Shown piece after piece: positions 22,924 to 35,909 of a DNA stretch of 64,000 nucleotides; positions within the stretch are counted from its first letter, which is position 1; each line of letters starts with the position of its first letter. The DNA is from Coraliomargarita sp. (GTDB lineage: Bacteria > Verrucomicrobiota > Verrucomicrobiia > Opitutales > Coraliomargaritaceae): assembly GCA_965216325.1 (NCBI GenBank), contig OZ244160.1:224001-288000 (forward strand). The letters run 5' to 3'. The notes under the pieces were generated by a model. That model worked only from the letters and a program-made list of their open reading frames with translations. It ran no database searches and was not told the origin of the DNA. Both the position numbers and the translations under genes were made by a program.

Positions 22924-23757
22924 ATGAACTGGGAAAAAGTCCGCGAATTCGAAGAGATTATTTATGAAAAGTGTGATGGCGTTGCCAAGGTCACGATCAA
23001 TCGTCCGCACCGTCGTAATGCGTTTACACCCGATACGGTGGGTGAGTTGATCGAAGCATTCACGGATGCACGTGAAGATTCCTCCATCGGTGTCGTTTTG
23101 CTGACAGGTTTTAATCCGCAGACAGATGGGAAGTTCGCGTTCTGTGCTGGAGGCGACCAAAAGATCCGCGGGCACAAGGCTGGCGGTTACATCGGCAAGG
23201 ATGGTGTGCCTCGTTTGAATGTCCTAGACCTTCAGAAATTGATCCGTTCGATGCCGAAGGTGGTGATCGCGCTGGTTGCAGGATACGCAATCGGTGGTGG
23301 TCATGTGCTCCATGTGGTCTGCGATATGACTATCGCCGCGGACAATGCGATCTTCGGTCAAACGGGCCCGAAGGTGGGGAGCTTCGATGGAGGCTTTGGC
23401 TCCAGCTACTTGGCACGTATTGTTGGCCAGAAGAAAGCGCGTGAGATTTGGTATCTCTGTCGCCAATACAATGCGCAGGAAGCGCTGGACATGGGCTTGG
23501 TCAATAAGGTGGTGCCCTATGAGCAACTTGAAGCCGAGGGCTACCAGTGGGCGCAGGAAATTCTGCAACACAGCCCGCTGTCGATTCGTTGCTTGAAGGC
23601 CGCCTTCAATGCAGATGTTGACGGTCAACAAGGCCTGCAGGAACTTGCCGGCAACGCGACCTTACTCTACTACCTCACTGAAGAGGGTGAGGAGGGCCGC
23701 CGTGCGTGGAACGAAAAGCGCGCTCCAGAGTTCAAGAAGTATCCTTGGTTGCCTTAG
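22924..23757 (+). CDS. menB: 1,4-dihydroxy-2-naphthoyl-CoA synthase
   Basis: [32 protein letters not shown]. Confidence 0.97.
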   Translation: MNWEKVREFEEIIYEKCDGVAKVTINRPHRRNAFTPDTVGELIEAFTDAREDSSIGVVLLTGFNPQTDGKFAFCAGGDQKIRGHKAGGYIGKDGVPRLNVLDLQKLIRSMPKVVIALVAGYAIGGGHVLHVVCDMTIAADNAIFGQTGPKVGSFDGGFGSSYLARIVGQKKAREIWYLCRQYNAQEALDMGLVNKVVPYEQLEAEGYQWAQEILQHSPLSIRCLKAAFNADVDGQQGLQELAGNATLLYYLTEEGEEGRRAWNEKRAPEFKKYPWLP

Positions 23758-23824
23758 TCGTGCAACTTGTGGAGCCTTGCTTGTTCTTGACCACGTTCGC
23801 TCTAAATCATATGTCTGCATGCAT

Positions 23825-24574
23825 ATGAAGGGGGGTATATGTATACTGCTTGTTGCGCTCTGTGGCGCACTTTCAGCGGGAGAAACATGGACACTGACGA
23901 ATCAGAAGAATCAATCGATTGAGGTGGATTACATCTTCTATGATGGAGTTCAGCTTAGCTGTCGGAAGGTCGGAAGTGTCAATAAATTCAAGCTTTCGCC
24001 CAACGACCTCTCGAAAGAGTGCTGGAAGGAAATTCAGGCGAGTTTTGGCAACAGTGCTGTCATTGACCTGGAAGTGAGCCGTCGGACGAAAACGTCTTCA
24101 GATACGGACCGCACATCCTATTCGGGGTATTTCTCCACATACAGTCACGAGCGTAAGGATATTGAAAAGCTCAATTTGTTTACGATCGAGCTATCTTCTT
24201 CCTCACATTTTGCCTCAGAGGTGACGATTGAAACCTTCATCTTTGCAGATGGTGAGGTCGAGTATGGCCGTATTCCTGCGACAGTTTCGATGCGTGAATC
24301 CTTCGAAACTGTTGTGGAGAAGATGATGGAGAGTACTGAATACAGCTCAAAATCGTCTTACAGTGGAACTTATTACAAAAGCGAGTATGGCGACGATAAG
24401 GCTTATCTTGGAGTGATCGTGTTAAATGGTCGTGGTGAGGAGATTGCGGACTATGCTTCCTCTGGAAAAATTAAATCCAGAATGCACGCGATCAAGCACT
24501 CGGAGCGCCAGAGTTTTAAGCCGAAAGGTGGGGGCAAGGAAACGAACAAGAAGAAGTCCGTTGAAAGCCTCTGA
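23825..24574 (+). CDS. Exported hypothetical protein with SHD1-like N-terminal domain
   Basis: Signal peptide then TWTLTNQ..QSIE...LS pattern. Confidence 0.55.
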   Translation: MKGGICILLVALCGALSAGETWTLTNQKNQSIEVDYIFYDGVQLSCRKVGSVNKFKLSPNDLSKECWKEIQASFGNSAVIDLEVSRRTKTSSDTDRTSYSGYFSTYSHERKDIEKLNLFTIELSSSSHFASEVTIETFIFADGEVEYGRIPATVSMRESFETVVEKMMESTEYSSKSSYSGTYYKSEYGDDKAYLGVIVLNGRGEEIADYASSGKIKSRMHAIKHSERQSFKPKGGGKETNKKKSVESL

Positions 24575-24580
24575 GGCTCG

Positions 24581-26143
24581 CTATTTTCGGTTCTTTATAT
24601 AGTCCAGTGCCTGGCTGACTGGAAGTTCGTCGCTCGAAGGGCCGTTGCGAATAAAGAAACTTTCGCCCTTGGTGTGCTTGAGGAAGACTGGTTCGTCGGA
24701 GCGTTGACATTCGGCAATGCCGACCAGTTTGCCGTCGAGAGTGACCGTGCGGAACTCGATGTATTTGGAGAACTCAGCGCCGATCTGTGCCGCGATCAGA
24801 TTTTTGAAATGGAGTTGTGCGTGGTCTTCGCTTTCGAACTTGTCGGCTTCAAGGCCGAGTATCTCGCCATCGTCCGAGACGCCGAGCAGTAGGGTGCCGC
24901 CATCGGTGTTGAGAAATGCGGCCACGCCCTTGAGCCATGCGGTTTCGATTTCCTTGCCCGGCTTGTTGGTGTGGAGGTTGGTCCGCATGGTGGACTTAAA
25001 CTCGCGGCGTTTACTTTCGCCACGCTTAATCATGTCTTGGACGCTCTCGATGGCTTTTGCGGGGTCGAACGGGACCGTTGGGCCTCCGCGGTGGCCAATT
25101 TGGCGCCTAGCCAAAACAAAGCTGAATGCAGCAGCGACCACTACCGCGAGCATGCCGAAGCCCATCAGCATACTGCGTCGTTCGCTTACCCCTTGTATGG
25201 TGTCTTGCTCGGGAACCATGACGCCCACCCATACATTCTGTTCGGGGTTGAGAGGACGAAAACCACACCACCAGACCTTACCACCGTGTCGGACTGCGAT
25301 GATTTTTTTCTCCTCGGAGGTATTTCGCCATGCCGAGTGTGCCTTCTTCGCCAGCTCATTATCGCTCTCTTGCATCGAAGTAAAGGCAGCGCCGTTCTCG
25401 GGATGCGTAGTATACATAGCCTCGTCACGGCGCAGAATCATGATCTGGCTGTTGGGGCTAGGCTGCATGTCTTGGATGCTGGCGTAGAGGTTCTGTAGAG
25501 AAAGGTCGAAGGCGATTACCAGTTGGTAACCTTCGGGGTTCTCCAGTTGTATTGAGCTGGACGCGGTGAGGCCGACGATCTTGTGCGTGAAGAAAATGTA
25601 GGCATCGGTCCAATACACCTCATCGGTACTGAGTGCTGGGTAAAACCACGGGCGGCTTCGAGCGTCGTAGTGACTGACTTCTCTGGTTTCGTTGAGCAGT
25701 TCGTCGCCATTCCAGATTTTGGTGACAGCCTGACGCTCGCCGTTCTTGATTCGGGTGTAGGTTGTCGTGATCGGGCCGTCGGCATCCGTGATGTAGTAGC
25801 TGCGACCATCGGTATCGGCGATGGAGAGGCCAAAGTGCTGACTGTCCTGCTGGATCAGTGGGAAGAGCAGGTGGTTCATCGCTTCGGGATCGTCCAAGGT
25901 CAGTAGCTCGGATTGAGCCCACTGGCGCACGATACGCACGGCATTGCTGGTCGCAGTTCCGACGATCCGAAACTCATTTGTTGCGCGGTCGGTTGACTGC
26001 TCAATGTAGGTGCTGGAGACATCCCGTTGCGCCTTACTCGCAAAATAAAGCGCAGGACCTAAGCCGACAAGGGTAAGGACGGCCAGCCCGATTATAAAAT
26101 CGCGCAGGAAGGTCTTGAGCAGAGTAGATTGTTTACGGGTCAT
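24581..26143 (-). CDS. Membrane sensor: periplasmic dCache_1 plus cytoplasmic Schlafen/AlbA_2 domain
   Basis: TM - YDARSRPWF..WTDAY..FD - TM - GESKRREFKS..VAAFLNTDGGTLLLGVSDDG. Confidence 0.82.
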   Translation of the reverse strand: MTRKQSTLLKTFLRDFIIGLAVLTLVGLGPALYFASKAQRDVSSTYIEQSTDRATNEFRIVGTATSNAVRIVRQWAQSELLTLDDPEAMNHLLFPLIQQDSQHFGLSIADTDGRSYYITDADGPITTTYTRIKNGERQAVTKIWNGDELLNETREVSHYDARSRPWFYPALSTDEVYWTDAYIFFTHKIVGLTASSSIQLENPEGYQLVIAFDLSLQNLYASIQDMQPSPNSQIMILRRDEAMYTTHPENGAAFTSMQESDNELAKKAHSAWRNTSEEKKIIAVRHGGKVWWCGFRPLNPEQNVWVGVMVPEQDTIQGVSERRSMLMGFGMLAVVVAAAFSFVLARRQIGHRGGPTVPFDPAKAIESVQDMIKRGESKRREFKSTMRTNLHTNKPGKEIETAWLKGVAAFLNTDGGTLLLGVSDDGEILGLEADKFESEDHAQLHFKNLIAAQIGAEFSKYIEFRTVTLDGKLVGIAECQRSDEPVFLKHTKGESFFIRNGPSSDELPVSQALDYIKNRK

Positions 26144-26185
26144 TTCCTGAGAGAAACGACAGGGGATAGCCGAAAAAGTTGCTGC

Positions 26186-27166
26186 TTACATAAAGTAGCG
26201 AACGTAGGCGCGGTTGCGCAAATCTTCGATCCAGCGCTCCTGAGTTTCACGGGCGATGTCGCCAACGAGAATGTCTTCAATGGTATCGCGCACCTCGCTG
26301 ATTGGCTGGATGCCTTCTTCACGCTTGTCCTCGCAGTAGAGGATGAAAACAGTGCCGTTGAGTTCGATTGGTTGGCTGTGTGCGCCTGGCTCTAGGTCGA
26401 ACGCGACATCGCTCAACTCCTTACGAATATCTTCGCGCTCCAGCCAGCCCCAATCACCACCGCGACGGCTCATTTCGTCCTGACTATACTTCCGGGCCAG
26501 ATCGCTGAAGTTTGTGCCTTCATCGAGTTCAGTCATGATCTTCTTCGCGGTTTGGCCGAGTAGGTCGAGACCTTCGTCCGCCATCGGGGTGAGGATGATC
26601 TGGCGCAGGTGCATGGACTCGTTCTGATAGAACTTGATCTTGTTACGCACGTAGAAGGCCTCGATGCGCTCAGGGCTCATTTCGGACTGCGACTTGCGGT
26701 TTTGCTGACGCATCACGTTAACCGTCACGCGCTTGCGAATCGATTCGCGGTATTCGCGTGGTGTCTGGCCCTGGGCTTTCAAATACTGGAGGAAACGCGC
26801 GCGGTCGCCGCCGAAGTCCCGCTGAAGTACGTCGTTATATTCCTGATCGATATAGGATTGTGGAATGAGCAGGCCCTTGTTTTCCGCTTCTTTCACAATG
26901 ATGATGCGGTCGATCATGTTCTGCAGTACTTCCTTGCTGAGCTCGTCGATGCGGCGGCGGAAGTCCTGTTCATTGCGAGATTCTACGCGGAGGCGTGGGA
27001 TGATTGGTTCCAGCTCGCGGCGCAGCTCTTCGACCGTAATGATCTGACCTTCGGCGATGGCGGCGATGCCGTTGCCGAGGCGAAGCATGTCGCGGGATTG
27101 TTGCGCGGAGGCAGAAAGTGTCAGGCCGAGAACGGCGAATAGGGCGATTAGGCGTGGAAAGGTCAT
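26186..27166 (-). CDS. surA: SurA-like parvulin peptidyl-prolyl isomerase
   Basis: Signal peptide, SurA N-domain, F..LARKYS.D...GGDWGW. Confidence 0.85.
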   Translation of the reverse strand: MTFPRLIALFAVLGLTLSASAQQSRDMLRLGNGIAAIAEGQIITVEELRRELEPIIPRLRVESRNEQDFRRRIDELSKEVLQNMIDRIIIVKEAENKGLLIPQSYIDQEYNDVLQRDFGGDRARFLQYLKAQGQTPREYRESIRKRVTVNVMRQQNRKSQSEMSPERIEAFYVRNKIKFYQNESMHLRQIILTPMADEGLDLLGQTAKKIMTELDEGTNFSDLARKYSQDEMSRRGGDWGWLEREDIRKELSDVAFDLEPGAHSQPIELNGTVFILYCEDKREEGIQPISEVRDTIEDILVGDIARETQERWIEDLRNRAYVRYFM

Positions 27167-30100
27167 GTGCGCGCGTGGCGTTGTAAAAACTTTGAAATTT
27201 CGGCCAACCTTAGAAGGGGATTCTTGGCGGTCAAGCGGGGAAAGCGGCTGCCGCTTTTTAGGAATTCCTTCTTGGGGCTGGGATTCGCCAGTCTGCAGAT
27301 CAGTCGGTCGCCCTCGGTTTCGACGCGACGCACCCCCGCCAGCTCAGCCAACACGCGGACTTTGCTCACGGCCAGTAGATGTTCGCTCGCTTTGGGCAAT
27401 TTGCCAAAGCGGTCCTCGAGTTCGTCGCCGATGGCACTAATTGTGTCGACTTGCTCCGCGAGGGCGAGGCGGCGGTAGAGATCGATCCGTAGGCGCGGTT
27501 CGGCAATATAATCGACGGGCAGTGCGGCCTCGACCACTTTTGCCTGCCGGTTGCCGTATTCGGCTTCCTTGATGGCTGCGAAGCTGTGTGTGCCGGTCGT
27601 GCTGCGGCGGGCGCTGGCACCTTCGCCGCTGGCGATAAAGTCGAGCTTCACTTCGGCTCGAATGCGGTCCGCGCCGGGCTCGCCCTTGAGGCGGGCAACG
27701 CTCTGCGTGAGCAACTGACAGTAGAGCTCGAATCCAACACCTGCGATGTGACCGCTCTGTTGCGAGCCGAGTAGGTTGCCCGCGCCGCGGAGTTCCAAGT
27801 CGCGCATCGCGATACGGAATCCGGCCCCGAGCTGGTTGTGTTGCTTGAGTGCGTTGAGTCGCTTTTGAGCTTGATCAACCAGTGCCGCGTGACGGTGGAG
27901 TAGGAGATAGGCGTAGGCTTGGCGTTTAAAACGGCCCACGCGTCCACGAATTTGATAGAGCTGCGCGAGCCCAAAGCGGTCGGCCCCTTCAATGATCAGC
28001 GTATTGCAATTTGGGATATCGATGCCGGACTCGATGATCGTGGTGCAGACCAGCACGTCAAAATCACCGGCGACGAATTTGGTCATGATTTTCTCGAGCT
28101 GACCTTCTTCCATCTGCCCGTGCCCGACGGCTACCTTGAGGCGCGGGTGCATCTCGCGGATGGTGTTGGCGACACCCTCAATCGTGCTGACACGGTTGTG
28201 CAGGTAAAACACCTGACCGCCGCGATCGGTTTCGGCCTGAATCGCGCTTTTAATGAGGTCGAGGTCGTAGCTTTTGACCACGGTCTCGATCGGACGACGG
28301 TCCACGGGTGGTGTTTCAATCACGCTCATTGCCCGTGCGCCGGCCATCGCTAGATACAGTGTGCGCGGAATCGGCGTTGCGCTGAGGGTGAGAATGTCGA
28401 CGTCAGCGCGCAGGCGCTTGATCGCTTCCTTTTGTTTGACGCCAAAGCGTTGTTCCTCGTCCACGACTAGCAGGCCAAGGTTTTGAAAGTGCACGTCTTT
28501 GCTGAGCAGGCGATGGGTGCCGATTACGATGTCGATACGGCCTTCGGCGAGGTTGGCGATGATTTCCTTGTTTTGCTTCGTGCTGCGGAAGCGGCTTACC
28601 ATGTCGATAATGATGGGGAACTGCGCCATGCGCTCACGGAAGGTATTGAAGTGTTGCTGGCAGAGCACCGTGGTCGGCACCAGCACCGCGACCTGCTTGC
28701 CCGCAAGCACCGCCTTGAGCGCAGCGCGGATCGCGACCTCGGTCTTACCAAAGCCCACGTCCCCGCAGATCAAGCGATCCATTGGTAGTGGCTTTTCCAT
28801 GTCCTCCTTGGTGGCGTCGATGGCGTGTAGTTGATCGGGCGTCTCTTTGTAGGGGAAGGCATCCTCGAAGGACTTTTGCCAGAGGTGGTCGGGTGGGAAG
28901 GCATAGCCACCAGCGTTTTCACGCTGTGCGTGCAGGTTGAGCAACTCGGCGGCGTAGTCGAGGGTTGCGATTTCAGCAGCCCCGCGGGTCTTGTCCCACG
29001 CGGCTCCGCCAATCTTGCCGAGTTTGGGTAGGCTCTTAGTGAGGCCGACGTAGCGGGTAAGGAGGTGCGACTCGTGCAGGGGCACGTGAATCGTCATATC
29101 GTCGGCAAACTCGACCGAAATGACTTCCTTGGTGCCGCCTTGAATATCCAGCTTGGTCAGGCCACGGAATAGGCAGATGCCGTGTTGCAAGTGCACCAGT
29201 GGGTCCCCATCGGCCAGTTCGGTGAAGTCGAGCATCTGATCGACCTGTGAGATCGTTGGACGGGCGCGCTCCTTGCGAGTGTGCAACTTGCGGCGGCGGG
29301 TGCCGAAGTATTCGCTTTGGGTGATGAGGACGAAGCCGGAGGAGGTTGGGGTCCCGGCTTTAGCCGGCTTCGAGCTAGATATAAAACCGCCTAAAGGCGG
29401 GACCCCAACCTTATCCTGACGAAAGATAAACCCAGCGCCAATGTTGCCTTGCAGATACTGAGGCTTGAGCTTCGCGGTCAGCGGATTGTCAGCCAGCAGA
29501 TCTTTGATGCGCTCGGCTTCGCTTGCGTTTTGAGTGGCGAAGCAAAGCTGTAACTGGTCTTGCTTGGCCCAGTCGGCCAGCTGGCTTTCGAATTTTGAAC
29601 GGGTGCTTTGCTCCGATTCGAAGCGGTCGAAGCCGACCTGAGTCGCGTCCGTGTGCAGTCGGTAGTTTTCGGTGGCCTCGGTGGAGAGGCCAATGCGTTC
29701 GGCATCTTTAAAGAGCTCCGGCGCTGTATCCACTTCGCAAATACCGAAGTATTGGTCGTCTGCGGGTGCACGGTCGGCTATGACTTTATAGAAGCTGCGC
29801 TGGTTGTTTTTTTCGAAGCGTAGGGGGTGTTCCCGCACCAATAGGGCGGGGTCTTCGAGGAGCCATTGGATGGATTCAATGGGAAGGTAATCGATAAGGT
29901 TGCCTTCACTGGAGGAGGCCGTGCTTTCGTTGCCAATGGCTGCGGCGATACTGATCGATTGCACCGGATGGGTTGTGCGCTGCGAGGCTGGATCAAAGCT
30001 ACGGATGCTCTCGATCTCGTCGCCGAAGAAGTCGATGCGGTAGGGCTCGTTGGCGTCGTAGGGGTAGATATCGATCAATCCGCCGCGGGTCGCCAGTTGC

Positions 30101-30594
30101 CCCGGATGTTCGCAGAGTGCCTCCGCGTCGTAGTTGAGTTCGTCGGTGAGCCGACTGATTAGCTCGGTGAAGGGCAGTTCATCACCGACATTGAGTTTGA
30201 TTTGCTGGCTCTCGAACTGGCTGCGCTTGGGGCAGGCACCTAGGAGAGCTTCGGGTGTAGCGATGAGGACCTGCTTGCTAGAACTCGGTTGAAGTAGGGC
30301 GCTGAGCACAGCGAGGCGTTCGCAGATGCGGTCGGCACGGCGATTGACGTCGATGTCGGGCGGGGGTTCTTCGGGGAAGTGATGCACCGCCATCGTCTCG
30401 GCTTGTCCCAACCAGCTTGCAAAGGTTTCGGCCTCGGCTGCAGTGCTTTCAGCGCGGCGTGGGTTGGCGACCAAGGCCACTGTGAGCTCGACAGAACTCT
30501 CGCGGCAGAGGCTTGCGTAGAGTGCAGCGCGTGCTTCAAGGCAGACGCCGTGTAGCAACTGGGCCTTGCTTAACTCTGGAGGTGATTTGGGCAT
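27163..30594 (-). CDS. mfd: Transcription-repair coupling factor
   Basis: UvrB-like N-terminus, CarD-like domain, [36 protein letters not shown]. Confidence 0.97.
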   Translation of the reverse strand: MPKSPPELSKAQLLHGVCLEARAALYASLCRESSVELTVALVANPRRAESTAAEAETFASWLGQAETMAVHHFPEEPPPDIDVNRRADRICERLAVLSALLQPSSSKQVLIATPEALLGACPKRSQFESQQIKLNVGDELPFTELISRLTDELNYDAEALCEHPGQLATRGGLIDIYPYDANEPYRIDFFGDEIESIRSFDPASQRTTHPVQSISIAAAIGNESTASSSEGNLIDYLPIESIQWLLEDPALLVREHPLRFEKNNQRSFYKVIADRAPADDQYFGICEVDTAPELFKDAERIGLSTEATENYRLHTDATQVGFDRFESEQSTRSKFESQLADWAKQDQLQLCFATQNASEAERIKDLLADNPLTAKLKPQYLQGNIGAGFIFRQDKVGVPPLGGFISSSKPAKAGTPTSSGFVLITQSEYFGTRRRKLHTRKERARPTISQVDQMLDFTELADGDPLVHLQHGICLFRGLTKLDIQGGTKEVISVEFADDMTIHVPLHESHLLTRYVGLTKSLPKLGKIGGAAWDKTRGAAEIATLDYAAELLNLHAQRENAGGYAFPPDHLWQKSFEDAFPYKETPDQLHAIDATKEDMEKPLPMDRLICGDVGFGKTEVAIRAALKAVLAGKQVAVLVPTTVLCQQHFNTFRERMAQFPIIIDMVSRFRSTKQNKEIIANLAEGRIDIVIGTHRLLSKDVHFQNLGLLVVDEEQRFGVKQKEAIKRLRADVDILTLSATPIPRTLYLAMAGARAMSVIETPPVDRRPIETVVKSYDLDLIKSAIQAETDRGGQVFYLHNRVSTIEGVANTIREMHPRLKVAVGHGQMEEGQLEKIMTKFVAGDFDVLVCTTIIESGIDIPNCNTLIIEGADRFGLAQLYQIRGRVGRFKRQAYAYLLLHRHAALVDQAQKRLNALKQHNQLGAGFRIAMRDLELRGAGNLLGSQQSGHIAGVGFELYCQLLTQSVARLKGEPGADRIRAEVKLDFIASGEGASARRSTTGTHSFAAIKEAEYGNRQAKVVEAALPVDYIAEPRLRIDLYRRLALAEQVDTISAIGDELEDRFGKLPKASEHLLAVSKVRVLAELAGVRRVETEGDRLICRLANPSPKKEFLKSGSRFPRLTAKNPLLRLAEISKFLQRHART
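29343..29411. repeat. 69-bp REP-like palindrome inside the mfd coding sequence
   Basis: AGGTTGGGGTCCCGGCTTTAGCCGG-19 nt-CCGCCTAAAGGCGGGACCCCAACCT; related arm at 33070-33093. Confidence 0.85.
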
Positions 30595-30606
30595 AGCTAA
30601 GGTGAG

Positions 30607-30684
30607 ACCCCTTCCACCTGGCAAGCAGGTGACCTCCTCTTAGCAGGGGAGGGGCTCAAACTCCCCTCCTTGTTGAGGTGGGGT
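30607..30684. repeat. CCCCTCC/GGAGGGG-type hairpin repeats between rnc and mfd
   Basis: CCTCCTCTTAGCAGGGGAGGGG and CTCCCCTCCTTGTTGAGGTGGGG. Confidence 0.5.
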
Positions 30685-30706
30685 GGTGCTTTTCTAGGCT
30701 GAGCAT

Positions 30707-31381
30707 CTACAATTTTTCCAGCGCATCGGCGGCTGCCGCGATTTCAGCCGCCTTCTTGGAACTGCCGCTGCCTTGACCCAGCTGTTCGCCATTTAGATAG
30801 ACGGCTGCTTCGTAATGGCGGGCGTGGTCGGGGCCTTCGGCTTTGATCAATTGGTACTCAGGCTTTGCGCCATTGTGAGCGCTCTGGCTCCATTCTTGTA
30901 AGCGACTCTTGGGAGTGCCGTTTGCGAACTGCTTGCCTGCAGTGGTGATGTCGTTGCCAAAGATACGCAGCACGCTGGTCTTTGCGGCGGAGAGTCCACC
31001 ATCCAAATAGATTGCGCCGATCAGCGCCTCGATCGCGTCTTCCAGCATGCGGTCGCTCGGATCGGGGTGGTGTTTGCGTTGTGCGTCGCTCACTTCAAGG
31101 AGTTGAGCCAAGCCAAGTTCGCGCGCTTTGGGTGCCAGCGCACGGCCATTGACCAGACTGGCGCGCATCCGGTCGAGTGCGCCTTCTTCGAGTTCGGGGA
31201 ATGCGTCATAGAGTGCTTCGGCGATGATCAAGTCGAGCACCGCGTCGCCTAAAAATTCAAGTCGTTGATTGTCATGCACTCCGAGGCCAAGGCTCGGGTG
31301 CTTGAGGGCAAGCTCGAGCAGATCACGATTTTTAAATCGGTGATCAATTTGTGACATCAGCTGGTCGAAATTGGTCTGCAT
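30707..31381 (-). CDS. rnc: Ribonuclease III
   Basis: [26 protein letters not shown]-terminal dsRBD. Confidence 0.97.
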   Translation of the reverse strand: MQTNFDQLMSQIDHRFKNRDLLELALKHPSLGLGVHDNQRLEFLGDAVLDLIIAEALYDAFPELEEGALDRMRASLVNGRALAPKARELGLAQLLEVSDAQRKHHPDPSDRMLEDAIEALIGAIYLDGGLSAAKTSVLRIFGNDITTAGKQFANGTPKSRLQEWSQSAHNGAKPEYQLIKAEGPDHARHYEAAVYLNGEQLGQGSGSSKKAAEIAAAADALEKL

Positions 31382-31511
31382 TGCTAAATTTTAATGAACT
31401 TGGCTTTACGGCTTGCGCCAGCAAGGGGATTTTATTGGCTGTTTATTAGTTCATTCACCTCCCGCAGGCAACCGTTGGGAGACGATTTTACCCGCTACGA
31501 ATACCTTTCCA

Positions 31512-33065
<1,554 letters not shown>

Positions 33066-33069
33066 AACT

Positions 33070-33238
33070 GGTTGGAGTCCCGCCTTTAGGCGGATTTGAA
33101 GACGAATTTTCCTTTGCTACGACGCATGTGAGTCGGGGCTTTGCTTGCCTTCGACCATGAGCTCAGGCCGAATGGCGAAGCCCGCAGTCTGGAACGGCGA
33201 CTCTGACGCGGCGGGCGTCGCAAGCAACGCCCCTACAA
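33070..33238. repeat. Cluster of REP-like arms between convergent genes
   Basis: GGTTGGAGTCCCGCCTTTAGGCGG (mfd-type arm) plus a GTAG-type arm ending CGCCCCTAC. Confidence 0.75.
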
Positions 33239-33280
33239 TTTGGAATTAAATCGCTCTGTTTGATGAGGGCTTTCTGAGCA

Positions 33281-34195
33281 TCATGGCTTCTGCAGCGATA
33301 CCTGTCCCTTCGTCGGAAACTCAGCTGGCGCTTCGGTAGGCACATCTGCGCCCGCCGCCCACCGTACGGCTCGCTGAAGAATAGTTTGAAAGCCGCGGCA
33401 ACGCATGCCGGGAGGGGCCTCACTCAACTTGTGCCAGTGATGGCCGAAGGTGGAGGTGTAAATGCGTCCCTTGCCGTAGCTGACGACCCATTCTGTTGGG
33501 AAGTGGATCCCTGTTTTCTCATCTTGCGCGTAAGACAGCACTGTCAGATTCTCTGCGGGTCCACGGGCGTAGCGATAGATTTCGGTGTCGGCCGCCATCC
33601 ATTGCTTGGGCAAGCCTGCATGTATTGGATGCTCGCCGAGTCGTGTGATCACCGTATCGACTCGCGGACCATGCCCTGTGTGGCCACCCTCGCCAGTTGG
33701 GATGCGAATGGGCTTATCGTGTTCAATGATGATCGAGGGGCCAAAGTCATTTTTTCGCCAGCCGAGTCCAATCATTTGGTTGTATGCCTCCCATTGAGGG
33801 AAGGCGTTGTTGGCAGAGTGGAAGGCGAGCATCCCTCCGCCCTCATGAATATAGCGTTCAAAGGACGTCCGTGCGGCGTCCGGCCACGCACCCTTTTTTG
33901 AAATGTCGTTGGTGTTCTGGATGACGACCGCATAAGCTTCAAAGTCAGGATTCCATTCCGGCCAATCGGGGCTGCTTTGCGCGGGAATCGTCGAGACTTC
34001 AACTGTTAGCGCTTCATCGTGGCTTAAAATCGACTGGATCGCTTCGGTGGTTGCACGCCAGTCGTGGTTGCTGAAACCGTCGACAATCAAGACTCGAATC
34101 GAGCGTTGTGGAGTGGTATTGGATCCAAATAGAGCACTCGCGCTGAGGATGGCGAACAGTGTTCCCTGTTGGAAAAGGCTAAAGATTCGTTTCAT
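33281..34195 (-). CDS. ThuA-like domain exported protein
   Basis: VLIVDGFSNHDW, GGG...HSA, YGKGRIY...GH. Confidence 0.85.
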   Translation of the reverse strand: MKRIFSLFQQGTLFAILSASALFGSNTTPQRSIRVLIVDGFSNHDWRATTEAIQSILSHDEALTVEVSTIPAQSSPDWPEWNPDFEAYAVVIQNTNDISKKGAWPDAARTSFERYIHEGGGMLAFHSANNAFPQWEAYNQMIGLGWRKNDFGPSIIIEHDKPIRIPTGEGGHTGHGPRVDTVITRLGEHPIHAGLPKQWMAADTEIYRYARGPAENLTVLSYAQDEKTGIHFPTEWVVSYGKGRIYTSTFGHHWHKLSEAPPGMRCRGFQTILQRAVRWAAGADVPTEAPAEFPTKGQVSLQKP

Positions 34196-34207
34196 CTAAT
34201 TTTAAAT

Positions 34208-34633
34208 TTAGGAGCGCTCGATCCGTGCTTTGAGAATCTCAAGGAATTCCTCACGATTCACAGGTGAGATCAAGGCGGTGCCTTTGCGGTGTTTGATTTT
34301 GAGCCGTTTGAGTGAAAGTGCCGGAGAGCTCAGCGGACAGGAACTCAGGCTAACGTCGATAATGCTTTGGTAGGAGATGCGCTGTTTCAAGATGCCCGCG
34401 CGAATCTCTAACTGTTCGTCTTGCAAGGTGTAATAGCAGGGTAGGAAGATCGCGGTAAGCCCGCTGACAAAGCAGCCCGCGAGAATTGAGATGATGCCGT
34501 CTTTGGGCGAGAAGGTCAGGAAGTAGAGTCCCAGCCCAATGCAGAAGACAGGGCTGGCAATCAGTATGGTGCCGAGCCACCAATCGACGGCCGAGTTGTA
34601 TCGCTGGCCGGTCGTTTGCTCTTGCTTATGCAT
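34208..34633 (-). CDS. Bacterial PH-domain membrane protein
   Basis: SAVDWW, two TMs, SSPALSLKRL, ISP.NRE.F. Confidence 0.75.
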   Translation of the reverse strand: MHKQEQTTGQRYNSAVDWWLGTILIASPVFCIGLGLYFLTFSPKDGIISILAGCFVSGLTAIFLPCYYTLQDEQLEIRAGILKQRISYQSIIDVSLSSCPLSSPALSLKRLKIKHRKGTALISPVNREEFLEILKARIERS

Positions 34634-34672
34634 AGGATCAGGCGGGTAGGGGCCTCGGTAGTTGGTGAACAA

Positions 34673-34990
34673 TCATTCGTCCAATGGTCTCTCAGTTTGG
34701 CAAGACCAACACTCGGACAGGAAGCCATCTACGATGCTGCCGCAGTTCGGGCAAGTCCAGTCTGGTTGATTACCGAGGTTCGGGTTTTGATAGTCTTCGA
34801 TTAACTGCTTGGCTGCTGCAACGTTTTCCGCGTTGAGAACGTAAATTGTTGGATACAGGCTTGGGATGGGGATCTCGGTAATGTTCGAGCCCGTCCAGTT
34901 CTTGATCAGCGTCGGAATGCCCGAGTCTCTAGGCACGCCGTCCAGCATGCCCACCTTCGCGGAGTCGATATCTCGGAAAACTTCGTGCAT
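34673..34990 (-). CDS. DUF2007-like protein with C-terminal Zn ribbon
   Basis: GIP..IKN; WTCPNCG..CWSC. Confidence 0.75.
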   Translation of the reverse strand: MHEVFRDIDSAKVGMLDGVPRDSGIPTLIKNWTGSNITEIPIPSLYPTIYVLNAENVAAAKQLIEDYQNPNLGNQPDWTCPNCGSIVDGFLSECWSCQTERPLDE

Positions 34991-35010
34991 GGTGCTAGTG
35001 GTTCTTGGGT

Positions 35011-35718
35011 TTAGTCGATAATCCCGTCTTTGCTCTTCAGTACCTTGGTCGTGCGTTCGTTGATTTGAGTGGCGAGTGCATTGTTGCCATTATATCTGGC
35101 TAAGTCCGCCAATTGTGTGCTCTCGGTGGCGAATCGCGTCCGTGCCCAAGTTCGATGGCTCTGGTCTGTAAACATCCGATAATCCCGGAGGTAGTCTGAG
35201 TAGAGGTTCCGATATTCTTGCTCGATGTCCGTGACGTATTTGTTGATCAGCTCGTAATCCGCGTGCTTGAATGCGGTGTCTTTCATGACGATCCAGTAGC
35301 GATCTGTCTGTTTTGGATACTGCAGTTCGACTTCTTTGAAGAGTGTGAGTGTGCGTTGATCCGCTTTCAACTCACGGTTGATGGAGCTGACGTCATGAAA
35401 GAGCTCAAAGGAGCCCGCGCCGTTCTTAATCAGCGCTTCTTTTTCGTCACGAATTGCTTTCAGTTTATCCAGTGCCGGTGGATAGTTTTTGCCCAGACGG
35501 ACCCAGTCGCTGAGGGCGAAGGAGAGGCGCACCCCTGCCATGGAAGGCTGATGCTCTAGCGCGTGGTAATGAAACCAGACCTGCCTGCCGAGTGCTTCTT
35601 CGTATTGCCCAGCCTTGGTGATGCGTCGTGTTTCCTGCAGGTAGGCCTGCATGTCTTTTGCCTGAAGTGACGTTGTGATTGCTATCAGAACCGAGAGAAG
35701 CAGAGGAAGTGATTTCAT
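35011..35718 (-). CDS. Exported hypothetical alpha-helical protein
   Basis: Signal peptide, 235-aa ORF co-oriented with neighbours. Confidence 0.65.
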   Translation of the reverse strand: MKSLPLLLSVLIAITTSLQAKDMQAYLQETRRITKAGQYEEALGRQVWFHYHALEHQPSMAGVRLSFALSDWVRLGKNYPPALDKLKAIRDEKEALIKNGAGSFELFHDVSSINRELKADQRTLTLFKEVELQYPKQTDRYWIVMKDTAFKHADYELINKYVTDIEQEYRNLYSDYLRDYRMFTDQSHRTWARTRFATESTQLADLARYNGNNALATQINERTTKVLKSKDGIID

Positions 35719-35909
35719 GACACGTGAATGGTGCTAACGTTTTTAGGGGATGACAAGGTTTGTTCGGTACAAAACCGCTGTGGAGATAGGCGTGTGAGAG
35801 AGAACCTCTGTTGGAATTCGGATTCGGATTACGATTCGAGAGCCCTTGGTTTGCTGGCTTGACTGCGAGGCGGTTGGGGGCTGTCTTCGGCGTCTGAATT
35901 TTACTTCCA

